Source: Anthoceros angustus
Taxonomy: Eukaryota; Plantae; Anthocerotophyta
Reading direction: 5' to 3'
Assembly: GCA_010909165.1 (NCBI GenBank)
Contig: MU008160.1
Coordinates: 1,364,001 to 1,428,000, forward strand
Length of the DNA stretch: 64,000 bases
Positions 22,066 to 34,200 of the stretch are shown piece after piece (the stretch's first letter is position 1; each line of letters starts with the position of its first letter). Position numbers and translations under genes: made by a program. A model generated the notes under the pieces. The model was not told the origin of the DNA. It was given only the letters and a program-made list of their open reading frames with translations, and ran no database searches.

Positions 22066-23422
22066 TCACTTTGACAACCACAAAATAATCAACAGTACGG
22101 TACATATGGACACTACTGCCGAAATGATGATGGTATCCTTCGACTTCTTCCGTTTTATTGCTGTCAGCACGGAGCTCACCTAAACATCGTGTGACAGTAA
22201 GAACCCGTCAGGACCAAGACGACAGTGTCTCTCAGCCTCATCGCACTAGAAATCAGCAACCATGAACAATCAATGAGACCAGAGCTCCTTACAGAGGTAA
22301 ACTTCGTGCCAACGGAGTTGATTTTCCCCCCAATATCATCAAACATAGACCGCTGCATGCTCAAAGCACTGAAGGCTGCTTGGGCTTGACCAATTACGTA
22401 GTCTACCTGCGTGACATTTCGACAGCTACTTCATAAGTTCGACTGCGCTTAAAACGCAACTCAACAGGATAAGACAACCTACATACCTGTGCGGTGTTTC
22501 GGTAAATGGAAGCTTGCTCCCTGAGGAGAGACTGTTGGGAAGCATCAACATCAACCGCAGCATAGCTATTTCGCCTGTCCTCACTCGTTCTAGTGAAAGT
22601 TTGGAGAAGCTCCGCATGATCTCTGCTGGCTTTTGCAGTTGAAGTTATTCTCCGAAACTCCTGTGAACCAAACGAAAATCTGTTGACCGCAAGCCATGAC
22701 CAACGAGCTCCATCCTCACATATGTTTTCAAAAACAGGTAGGGTAGAATGCCAGAGCTTGCCTGAGCTAACTCATGGAAGATATTTTGGTGTCTTGCAAG
22801 GGTATGTGAAAGGACGTCCGAACCAGCCGTGGACACCCATGCTTGCATTTTATCATTGACATTTTGCAACTGTTGTAACAGTGTCTCTACTTCTGCTTCG
22901 TCCCCTTTAGCTTGCTCCTCTCCCCTGCCATTTGCACCTCTCCTGTAAGAGGACAATTTCACGTCTAATTCGCCTTCCAACTTCCTTGCCTGCCAAGCCA
23001 CAGCAGCAGTGTTAAGTGCCATGATATAGCTCAACCACCGTGCTTGCTGACCAGACTTCTCCATTTTCACTATGCAGTAGTGTGGACTGTTCTGTTAAAA
23101 GAACCTCCTCAGGCTTCTTTGACTACCCGAAGCGCATGGCAATAAGATCTACGGTACTAACAGCTAGGACTCAGATCTTTGCAAACTCCCAGAAAACTGA
23201 TCCAGGGTTGCGCGCAGAAGATGTCGAGCTGGTGAACGTTGTCCGGGAAAGACACCTGCCCTGACGCTTGATCAATTCCACATTCCAAGCAGCTAGCAAA
23301 TGACGACAGACGTGTCCGAACCAGAGCTTCCAGGCTCACCCGATGTGATTGACGGAAATACCTGCTGGTGTAGCACAGCGTACCTGCTTTCGCAGGTCGT
23401 CCCACTGCGCTGCCGCCTCCAT
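22066..23422 (-). CDS. GOS11: Golgi SNAP receptor complex member 1-1 (Qb-SNARE)
   Basis: Exon 1 MEAAAQWDDLRKQ (23422-23384), then ARKLEGELDVKLSSYRR, MQAWVSTAGSDVLSHTLARHQ, QRSMFDDIGGKIN, and IKRKKSKDTIIISAVVSICTVLLIILWLSK* (tail anchor). Confidence 0.92.
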
Positions 23423-24231
23423 CCCTGCTCGACCGGTCATTGGCTTCTCTCAAGCTTCCAAGCTTCCGATCTGCCCTTCCTGCTGCAGCAGGAGAACAAA
23501 ACGCGCCTTCTTGCAAGATTCGTCACTGCAGCAAACAGAGGGACGCTTGCATCTGCGGAGGAATACGAGCGCTCAGAAACGATGCTACCGCTGCGGCAGA
23601 ATGACAGCCGGCGCCGAGCTCCCGCTGCGATCATCGGGAATGCGTCCAAGCATCAGCCCTGAAGACGACCAGCAACCACAAGGCGCAGTGCGTCAATTTA
23701 AGAAGGCGTCCACGTGCTTTTCTCCTCGGTTTGCAAGGGAGAATTTACTTTACCACCTGAGTATTCAGAAAATCTTCAGTGCACTTTTAATCGATGTCCC
23801 GAGGAATGTAAAATCTGGATGTATGTATGTAGCAAGATCATGCCGTTTGGTTTTGCAAGTTCCGCGAACGCTATGGGCATGCTACATGACAACCGTGTCC
23901 TATGTGGAAGACGTACGGTTCTCCAAAGAGAGACGTCTCCACAGAAGACGTCTCCAAAAAGACACGTCTTCTCTCCATGTCGGGTCCATGAGAGAACAGC
24001 CGAGCTTCCTTGACTGCTTCTTGTCCCACCTGCAATCTGTAGCAGAACGAAAGCAATATGTAACTTGGGGCCAGAACAAGGTCTTCAGAGAGTGTCGACC
24101 TTCAGAATGTCCCATAAGTGACGGGGACTGACGACAGCTACAGAGGCCGGATGATGTGCTGTCTTACCTTTGCTGGCGTTGCTAGGACAAACCTTCCTTT
24201 AAAAGGAACTCCCAAAACCATGATGATTGGA

Positions 24232-27200
24232 TCAAGGCCTTGTCATTTTGATGAGAAAAGCGTACTCCAGAGCAGTCATGCGAAGATGTTGGTATCGGCC
24301 TCCCTCGCCAAAATGCCCTCCAGTTATAGGCTTAAGAATGACAGGGTGGCGGGGGTCCTGGTAGGTGCAAGCACGAACGCTGGCCACCCATTTTACTGCT
24401 TCCCAATAGCCCACCCTGTCACAGCATGAGAAGATACATCAGAGACGGAAGGCAGGAATTGGACCGGATGCCAGCAAATTTCCGCAGGTTACCTTGTGTC
24501 ACTGAGAGACGCTGTCACCAGCATTGCTGGATACAACGCCCCATGCCGAATGTTGTCACACGGCGAGTAACTTCTTATGTAGGAAAAGGTGGCAGGGTCA
24601 CTTGAAGGATTTCCCCACTCATCATATTCATGCACAGTTAAAGGTAAACTGGCATCCAGCATAGTGTTGCAGATGTCGAGGAATGGAACCTACAGAACTT
24701 GCCAGCATTCAAGTGTTCATCAGAGTCAGGTGCAAGCTACAGCTTGTGTCCAACAGTCAATGCCTCCCTTGAAACCGAGATTCAGGCATGTAAGTAAGAT
24801 CACCTTCAAGACTGCTGCCCGGAAAAGAGCGGGACTCTGGTTGATTGAGGCTGCTACTAGCAACCCTCCTGCACTGGTGCCATATGCACACAGTTTATCT
24901 CTGTGAGCATATCCTTGATCGAGCAGAAACTGAGCGCAGGCTATGAAATCATGGAAGGAGTTCTTCTTCTCCATCAGCGATCCTGAGTGATACCACGATC
25001 TGCCCAGCTCACCGCCCCCTCTGGTAGCAGTACAGAACAGTAGAGATCGATGAATATGACTCTTATAAGATGTCGGAGGGGATCATACAGAGCGGGATTT
25101 ACAACGGATTCAAAGCACCCATGCACAGGTCAGTGAGGAAAGGACGAAAACCATACCTGACATGCGCAAAGGCCAAAACCCAGCCCCGATCAAGTAAGCT
25201 CAGTTGGTCACTGCTCCAATTTATCTCCAGTGACTCACCATATGCACCATATCCAACGAGCAAGCAGGGACTTTGGCCGTGCAGTTCCAATTTTCGAGAA
25301 TGTACGACTGTAATCGGGACCGACACACCATCATGTGATACAGCTTCTCTTCGTGTGCAAAGAAAGAGGTTGGACAGGTTGATCAAGTTCCCCGGCAATC
25401 TCGGGGTCACCGCAGCATGGAGACGGTTGTTTTGATTTTGTGTCCCCCTCTCCAAGGAGGTGCCCTTGTAATCCGCTGCAAAGGGTACCCCATCCAGCAC
25501 CACTTGCTCCTGTTCAAGCACTTCAGCTGTCCTTGCGGACAAATCGAATCCGAGAAATGCTTCTGGGATCTGCAGGCCAAGGCATTAGATGGCACACGAT
25601 GGAGGGGAGACAGAACTGATGGTCATGTCAAACAAAGCTTACAACTAAACAAAATAAGGTATGTCAAAGCGAACCACATAGTCAAGGTAACACACCGTAG
25701 GTGATGAAACTTGCAATTGAAGGACTGGTGACAGGAAATCGAGATTTGTCCCAGGAGTTACAGAACAAACTTCTTGAGGAAGGTGCAACCTCCAAGATTG
25801 CACAGCCACGGGCTGCTGACTGGCCTGCAGTATGATTACACTGAAGGTGTCAAACGCACCATAGTGTCTGCCATATTTTCACCAACGTATATAGCCAGCA
25901 TATGATAATGCAACCTGTGCCAACCTCATTGCGTGATGACACGGGCATCTGAAGAACACGAATCCTAGGTGCTCCTGCCTTTCTCTCGTAAAGGACCAGG
26001 TGGTTCTTGAACATGTCCATGTTCTCGAAAACTACACCCGGCTCAGCCGCCACTACAGTCTGCAACACGTTCTTAGAGAGTCACATAACTTCCCCCAGCT
26101 TACATCCACGTAGGTGCTACCAGAAGTTGCTGCCAAGCATGAGTGGGTCGAGGGCCCACAATATTAGCAAAGCGAAACCAAGGCAACACTGTCCCCTTAC
26201 CTGCCAACACTCACAGTGCAGAGATTCTAATGAGGTCTGAACGAGTCTGAAGTTGCCAGAATCGTGTACATCATGGTCATCTGCTGTAAAATTTGTGAGA
26301 ATGTAGAGAAGACCAGTGTGATGTTCAACAAAATACTCCAACCCAGGCCTCCTCCTTTGAACCAACTGCAATGGAGCCTGATGTTTGTTGGCATCCATCA
26401 AATACACCTGGAGAAGACCAGATCAACAGATATTATCGCATACTAGGCTCCACTGAGTGTTGCTAAATGTTGAGCCCAACACATGAATCTAATACGCATT
26501 ATGTGACCCCATGAAAATCACCTCGCTTGAATTCTTGGATCTGACATTGATATTGATGAAACACCAATCTTTTGTCCTACCAACTTCAACAGAAAAGCTT
26601 GGATCACTCTCCTCAAACACCAGATAATCAGAATCCCGCTTATCCAACTTTCGACAAAAAACCCTATACAGACACTCCCACGAAGCATGCAATTAGGAGT
26701 CGGCCTAACACATGGCTACTAGCATTCCGGACATCTGTTCAGATTTAGATGTAGTCAACCTGAAAGGCCTTAACATATTATCCGGCACTGTGTAAAATAG
26801 TGTTCGTGAGTTGCTCGCCCATTCCATACTCGCAACACCTTCTGTTGTATGCTGTTGGAGTAAGCGCCCGGTGTTCAAATCCTTGACAAAGAGTGTAAAA
26901 AGCTCAGACCCAACAAGATCGACGGTGTAAGCAAGCAGCCGATGGTCAGAAGAAAGCTTGCACATTCCCAGCTGAGCATAACCTGCAGGACATGCAACTC
27001 ATGTCAGAACCTGTTTTTGAAAACTCCAAAGCACACTTCCACCAAGTGTGTGTGGTAGAACAGATAAGTCATGCAACATAATCTGACTCCACAGGGTGCA
27101 TATCTGAAGGCAAAGAAGTCAACCAGACTTGGAATGGGTCCTTACCATGCTCTTCAGCAATGAGATTCTGATCAACCAACACCTCAGGTCTCTCCTTCTT

Positions 27201-27893
27201 AAAACCAGTCGCTGCAGCCACCAGTTTCCTCCATCCAGATCTTGGCTCAGCAGTTTCTTGGAACCTTCTCTTCCTGTAGAATACTGGGTAATCTTTCCCC
27301 TCAGGTACCTTCGTGTAATAGAGCCTGATTCCACCGTCATTGTTAGTTTCTCAGAATCACAGTTGCCCTCCAATGCCCCAGAGCGTACGAAAACAGAATC
27401 CTGTCCGGTCCCCCAGCTTCTGGAACAGATCATAAAAAATCTTACACACTGACAGCAAGCATGATCCTCACCAAGGGCCCCAAGGAACTAAGGAGGATGA
27501 TAATTGCTTGGCCATTCTGCCTGCCATTTCTCTCTTCAGAGTCGATTGCAACTGAAGGGTATCGGCCATCACTGCATCCAAATACTTCTGCTCCTGCTGC
27601 AGAAGTTGGTGCAGACACGGATCCTGAGAATTTGACATCCAATGATAGGGATCATCCCAGGAAGTTCCATGCACACTCTTGGGATGGGACCGCTTTGGGG
27701 CCATGGGAGGTGCAACATCATCGCTTGGTGATGGTTCGCCCAATGTAGTGGCCTTACAGACGGTGTGCTTGCAACACACTGCTTCTAAAGCATAACTGCA
27801 TGCAAGCCGCTTCGCAATGTCAGCCATTCCTTGTGCAGTTTTCCAGGAGACCTGCCCAGGTTGCAGCAATCGTGCTCTGCGGTGCCATGACAT
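24232..27893 (-). CDS. Prolyl oligopeptidase family S9A (oligopeptidase B / protease 2-like), probably organelle-targeted, multi-exon
   Basis: HG.SWDDPYHWM, beta-propeller segments (LSSDHRLLAYTVD..GSE.FTL.VKDL), YGAYG, KKNSFHDFIACA, catalytic GTSAGG, RVGYWEAVKWVA and GGHFGEGG. Confidence 0.88.
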
Positions 27894-28170
27894 TATCCTG
27901 ACATATCTACCCAGAAATCCAAATTCAAAGCCAATTGCTACGCAATCGTCAACAAAATCGAGGACAACGTCTGTGGCATACAATGTGGCCCTGCTCTGCT
28001 GGCCCTGGCGGTATACCCTCTGAGAAACTCAACTCCGAAACTACGGCGCGCAGTCTTGCAGATCAAACCGGCAGCAACTTTCCTGTTGGCGTGATAGCCA
28101 AGCTATACTATGTTTGTGCTCCAGAGACGCTGGCGTAATCTGATACCGGTGCCGATTGCACCGTTACGAT

Positions 28171-28533
28171 TCAGCTGTCCACGATCCAGCTGAGGACGCC
28201 CTTGTCGGTTTGGCTTCGTAACCTTCCCTCGACCAACACGCTTTCAGGCGTCTTCAAGACCTGTCTGAAGCATTTGGACTGTCTTCCAGTTGGATCCAAG
28301 CATGAGGAGATGGGATATTCGAAGTGCATTGCGGAGCCAGGAGGTTTGCTCAGTTACCTGCCAAAGTTGCCGAATTTTGATGAAATGTTCATTCCGCTGT
28401 TGGAGTTCGTTCTAATAGCAGTGACCCACTTCAAATTAGACCATGATGCTCATGGACAGCAGACTTACTGATCTGGTTGATCACTGCTAAAGGATCCATA
28501 CAAGTCTGGAGGATGATTCTTGGCAGGACTGCT
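28171..28533 (-). CDS. 3' exons of an unidentified small spliced gene (…QSCQESSSRL|NELQQRNEHFIKIRQLWQ|VLKTPESVLVEGRLRSQTDKGVLSWIVDS*)
   Basis: Three phase-consistent exons (28533-28502, 28411-28358, 28260-28171) separated by GT-AG introns of 90 and 97 nt. Upstream exons unresolved. Confidence 0.45.
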
Positions 28534-28990
28534 CTAGGGAAAAGAAGGCATAGGTGTTGATACATGCATTGCTGCCGAACTCTTTCCTCAGGACTACAAA
28601 CAGCCGGAAATGACAAAAGACGTTCCAACTCGTTGCTGTGCCAGCAAATGGTTGAAAATCACATGTGATCTTCCTGCAAGTAACAACGTGGTGGCTCTGA
28701 CTCTTGTGTAACTGGTGTACGAGGAGACATACTACGCACAAGATGGTGGCACCTTGGGCTCTTGCAAAAATTGAAGGAGCTGAGCACCAGGCGAACTGCT
28801 ATTCCTCAGTCTACACCGGCAAAAAAGCAAACTCACTTAGCAAAAAAACAATGCATGTGAGGTTCATGCCTTTGCCTTAGCCAAAGAAGTCATCAGACGT
28901 CTCTTCACCAGCTGATTCGATGCACCAGGCAGGGCGATGTTGCACCCGTAAGCCACCCAGAAGAAGTTATGAGAAAGGAACTTGCAGATT

Positions 28991-29745
28991 CTAGCTAAAC
29001 TCACCTCGCATACTTTCACTGATGCAGTGCATGGAAGCAATCTGCAGCGTACGAAGTTCTCTCTCCCTCCCCCTCCTGCGGATGCAAATTCGCAATAGTA
29101 TCAGTATTGCAAACACGCTAACCCAAAAAAAAGAAAAAAATTTGGCAGCATTGGCAGGAGCAGGGAGCACCGTGGCACACCTTGGAATTGCGGAAGGCGA
29201 CACAGAAACGCGACGGCGGAATCCGCAGATGGGCCTCCAGAACCCGCGACATGGCCGCACTCAGCTTCGCATTGATCTCCGGGCCGAGGCCGCTCACACA
29301 CAGCAGCTCCCCGAAAGCAGCTGGCTCTCTGGTTCCTCCGAAGCACAGCGCTTGCTCGCCCCGCAGCAACACCATCACATGCTGCACGCCCCAGCCACAA
29401 TGGTTCCGCAATGAGGCGTGAGATGAATGATGATGCCTCCAGCTTGGTACGAAATATCAGATCTTCACGACCCACAGTCAGAACACGGGAGCGCAGAGGT
29501 AAGACGTCGCGTCCGGCACGCTTTTCCTTGGAGCGTGAACTGGAAAGCTCTCATGACAGAAACATGCAACAATGCAACACACAATTCCTGACGCAATTTT
29601 ATGACAGACAGTGAAGCAGGAAAGTTACACTGACATGCTGCGGCTGCTCCAGAGTGCGAGCCACGGCCGAGCTGAGCAGCTCCAGCAGCGTGGAGATGGC
29701 GGCCGGCTGCACAAGCACGTTGGTGGAGATGGATAGCACTGGCAT
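28991..29745 (-). CDS. MIF/D-dopachrome tautomerase-like protein (MDL)
   Basis: Exons 29745-29635 (MPVLSISTNV...), 29381-29181 (HVMVLLRG...FGGTREPAAFGEL...GLGPEINAKLSAA....LE.HL.IP.SRF) and a tentative third exon from 29041. N-terminal Pro1 is present. Confidence 0.82.
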
Positions 29746-30336
29746 TGCTTCAGCCACTCCTTGCACACAGCAAGATAATCTGGAATGCACAGAGAAATTC
29801 TCGCAATTCGCCTGGCTGTTGCAATCAACCCAAGCTCTAGAACCTACACCGCAAATTCCTTCTCCTGAATCTTGCAGACACGCTAGGGTTTGAGAGTGGG
29901 ACTCAGGGTTTAGTGCTTGCATGCTGCCTCCATGACCATGGACAAGGACAGGGTCCCGGTTGACACCTTCTGCTGCAAATACACAGCCATAGGAGGCAGC
30001 GTTCTCCTAAATAATTGAGCACCGGGATTGCAATAACAACAGGACAGGATGCTATGTACAGAAATATCAGGTCGATACAGATAGGTGCTATACAAGTGGG
30101 CGCCCTGAAGGTTCAAGCTATGGTGAGCAGCAAGGGAGATGGAAGTAGTCTCACTCGCAGTGGCCTGAATAACTCAAAACCCAGGATGTCTAGGTGCAGA
30201 ATGATCAGATTGATACAAAAAGGACACGGCTTTGGTGTGGGATCCTATACAAGTGGCCTCCAGTGGCGAGGCAGGAGAACGTTGAAGGTGTCAGCAGCAA
30301 GGGAGATGAGAGGCAAGTAGAAGTGTCCATGTTCCG

Positions 30337-31124
30337 TCAGCTGCGGCGAGACGTCTGGCTCTCCCATCGCATGTCGTCATTGAAATGGGCATAGGCTGCT
30401 CGGATATCTCCGTCTGCCAAGAGCAAGTAGTACCGTGCAACCTCGTCATCCACACGCAAGCTTCTCTTGAAGCATTCCACAATCCCACTGTTCACTCTGG
30501 ACTGGGAGCCCCTGCAGAAATCGGAATGGAACAGGGATGCCTTCGTGTGATGGCCAGCCCGGGATCCCTCCAGATACAGCACAGCCACCTCCCGCTTCGC
30601 ACAGATGTCCAGCTCGATGAAACAGGTCTGTCCCTCCAGAATCTCAGCCCGGGTCACAGGGATCAGGAGCCTCCTGCGGGAGTGGATTGCGTGCTCATTC
30701 ATCATGTTGTTGAGGCGCAGGATATCTAGAACCTGCCACAGACACAATGGGTGATTCAGTCCGGTGGGCGAGGCGATGCATGCACGTCCCTGAAATCCAC
30801 AGGCTGAAACCCCCACTCGGGGGCAACCTGGGTATGGTACCGCAGAGCCAGGCCCTGCAGCGAGTCATGCCGGCGCAACTGATGGGAGATGGCGAATTGG
30901 CCCAGATGCTGCCGGCGCCAGAAGGACGTGGTGGCCGGGCGGCCTTTCACCTCCTTCACCTTCCATGCGGAGCGGAAGGAGGTGGCCATCACCTCAGGGT
31001 CCGACACTATGTGCTGCCATAGCCGGCACACGCAGGCGGCCCTGGCCAGAACGGCCACGGGCAGCCTCTGCAGGATCGCCCGCCAGACCTCGGGAGGGAG
31101 CTGTTCTCCCTGGGCTTCCGCCAT
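30337..31124 (-). CDS. F-box protein with LysM domain (At1g55000-like), 2 exons
   Basis: F-box LPPEVWRAILQRLP...LARAACVCRLW; LysM-like FAISH.L..HDSL.GLAL.Y..QV.DI.RLNNM.NEH.I.SR.RLLIP; C-terminal RSLRVDD..A.YYL..ADGD.RAA. Confidence 0.9.
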
Positions 31125-31247
31125 AGCCAATCGACACCTTCTCCCTCAGCTTTTAAACGCTTGGAACTTGCGGTTAAGATTTGATTCCGACGTTTGGCAC
31201 GTTTGCAGTAGGACACGATGTGAAACATCTGATTTGTGGGTTTTAGT

Positions 31248-34200
31248 CTACAGCAGTTCTTTGGTCTTTTTCCACAGCTCATCGGCTTCTCCGGGGAAAT
31301 CCTTGGATGCCACCAAGTCCTCTCCAATCAGACGATTTATTGCAAACAAACTCTGCAAGCAAAGCAGGTTGCTGGGTTGAGATGAAAGCCAGAGAGTAGC
31401 ACACCTTCAGAGGATGAATATGGGGGAAGATTGGGGGAGCTTACTTGTTCGATCTGTCTCACCAGGTTGGCAAACTGGGAGTTGTGTGGCGTCATGTCTT
31501 TGTTGGGGAAGGAGTCGAGCTTTTTGAGGTCAGATCTTGCTGACATCTCTGCTTCAAGTAGGAGGGAAGCTGACTTCTTGAAGATGGATATCACTCTGTT
31601 CCCCTTGAACAGGAGCTCCCATATGGCAGATGATGCGTACGCACGTGCCTCTGGTGTTGGAGCGCCCAAGGACTTGAGGAGTAGTGGAATGGTGCGCTGA
31701 TTGGACACGAAGTGCATTTGACAGTCCTGGGAGAAAGCCAGGTTCCGGAGCAGGAAGAGGGCAGAGCTGGCTGCAGGTTCTTTGCCTTGCTCAACGATGT
31801 TGAGGACCTTCACATTTTTGCAAACAGTGTTCATCAGTGGAAATGTTTTTGTTGTTGCTCAATTATTGACATGCCGGTGCAGATGGTACTTACGAGGTCG
31901 AATTGTGCGTCTGTGGAGAGATGCTTCGAGATCATCGTCTGGCCGTGGGGGAAAGCTGCCACATTCACAAGTAATTGCAGGAGCAAGTGCTGCCGCACAA
32001 CATCCTTTCTGCGGACGCATTCGCTGAGTTGAGATATTAAGCCCATCAGCCAATGCTTGTGCAGAAACCTTGCTCGTGGTTCTGCCCTCGTCATCAAGGT
32101 CTGCAGCAAGCTGAGTCCTACACTGTAGCACACCATGCCGACTGAGGGGGTCAAGACCAGGTCGATGACGCTGTCCATCAGCCCCGCCTTGCTGATGACC
32201 ACTCTGGCTTGGTCACTCTGGGCTGCCAAATTGGACATGAGACCAAGCAACTCCGAAAGAAGGTCTTCGTTTCTGTGGGCGAAGTGCCAGAGAGATCTTA
32301 TGAGGCTGAAGACGCCACTGCCAACAGAAGCCTCAGCTGCTTCAGGACTCTTGTACACCATGTGCTCCAACAGCCGGATAGAGAGGAGAAGCTCTTCAAA
32401 GAGGAGCGCCCTGAATTTCCTTACTCCCTCATCAGCCCTGTCTGTCCAGCAGGAGCGCTGCTTCTGGCCAGGCTGCTTCACTATCGCTTTTGCTTCCTGG
32501 TTGCTGCATATGGGCATTCCTCGGTGTCTGCTGGAGTTCCACTGGGGCACCTTCTCAGGTACAGACCGTTGCTTGCTAACCACCCAACGCCCACGCCTGG
32601 ATCTCCTTACTATTGCCTGAAGGGACCGGATATATCCATAGGCAAGAATCGAATGGGCTTCATGGGCAAGCTTTACCAGCTTCTTCGGTATGAGTGACTG
32701 CACGGCAAACTTCTTGGCTTTGCCACTGGCAAGGCAAGAGTGATGATCTGAGTCCGAAGAGAGTGGTACAATTGAACACAGATGAAGCAGAATGGACAAG
32801 GAGATGGTGAGTGCACCTGAAAGTAAGGATGTTTTGTAAAGCCCTGCCAACTGCAGACAAGATGAAAACGAGGTGATGGAGGAAACGTGCATCGTTGGAA
32901 GCCTTGGCTCTCCTGCTCTCTGCAAACAACTCCTCCAAGACAGCCACTAAGGCTGCGCAGATCTGCACCATAGAGTGAGTTGGGGGATGTGAGGATATTG
33001 CCATCCATCAACATGGTGGTATTATGGATAAAAGGAAGACCACCCTTACCTCTACTGCAAAGTGTTGTTGCACTGCTCCTGCTCCGGACGTGACTGCACC
33101 ACATGCCTCGTGCTCTTCACTCAGCACCATTTCTGCCTTCTCTTCTTGTGACAGTAAGGTGGCCAGTAGTGCAGACACTGACAGCCACATTCTCCATAGC
33201 AGAGGATAATCCTCAATTCCACCGGTCGCTTGCATGGTGACATCCTCGACAGCATTTATTGCCCTTCGTAACAGGTGAACAGAAGGATATGCTTTTAGCA
33301 CACTTGCTACAGCTGTGCAAATCATCGTTCCTGATGTACTGAGGATGTCCTTCAATTGCAAATCAGGCGAGCAACCTTCTTTTCTCGAAGCAGCAGGATC
33401 ACCACCGGATTGCTCTGAGGCATCGGATCTGTCACTGATGGGTGGTAAGGCCTCGGGAGGCACCGGGCCGCATGCTGTGTCCCGTGCATACCACTGCTGG
33501 AGGAGCATATTCAAGGTGGTAGCCACATGAAACACACCTTCTGCTCTTTCATACTCTGTGATGGCCTTTCTGGTGGGCTTCACCTGCTCCTCCAACAGGC
33601 GCTGTTTTGGACCTTTGAAATTGCCATAACTCAGCATGGAACTCTCTCGTTCCTCGTCGTCGAGGGCACAATGGCACAAGGCACAGATGAGGGCCGCAAT
33701 GGTTGTGGAACTATTGACCCGCTCTTGCAGAGTGGAATCTCTGGTAGAGGCCATCAACTCCAGAATTTCTGCTATTTGTGCTATCACACCATATCTGTCT
33801 GCCAATTGGATTCTGCTATGCATGCATCTTTTCTCCCAGACCGTGACATACGATTGCACCGCACCTGTCTCTGGTGCTCTGTTACTGGACTCAAAATCCG
33901 AGGTTGGACATCCTAAATGCATCAAGAGCGCATTAAAGATCGGCGGCACCAGAACAAACTGCTCTTGAATGAACTCCATGTCTGTAAAAGTCAATTTCCT
34001 GATGAGCTCTAAGAAGACTCGATAAAAACCAGGCGTTCCATTTCGTTCAGTCAACATGGCCGGAAATGCCTTCCAGAACTTGCATTTCTTAAGGGCTGTA
34101 TTGATGTCAAAAAGATCGATCTCCTCAAAATCGATCTGCATTTCTCCGTCTCCAGTTAGACTATCAACATTCAGCTTGCAGGCTGCTGTCCAGAAATTAG

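Noticed and set aside
23349-24131. 260-aa plus-strand ORF as a gene
   Set aside because: It overlaps GOS11 exon 1 and promoter and the probable 3' UTR of the oligopeptidase, and has no recognisable domain. A shorter version from ATG 23601 cannot be excluded without RNA data.
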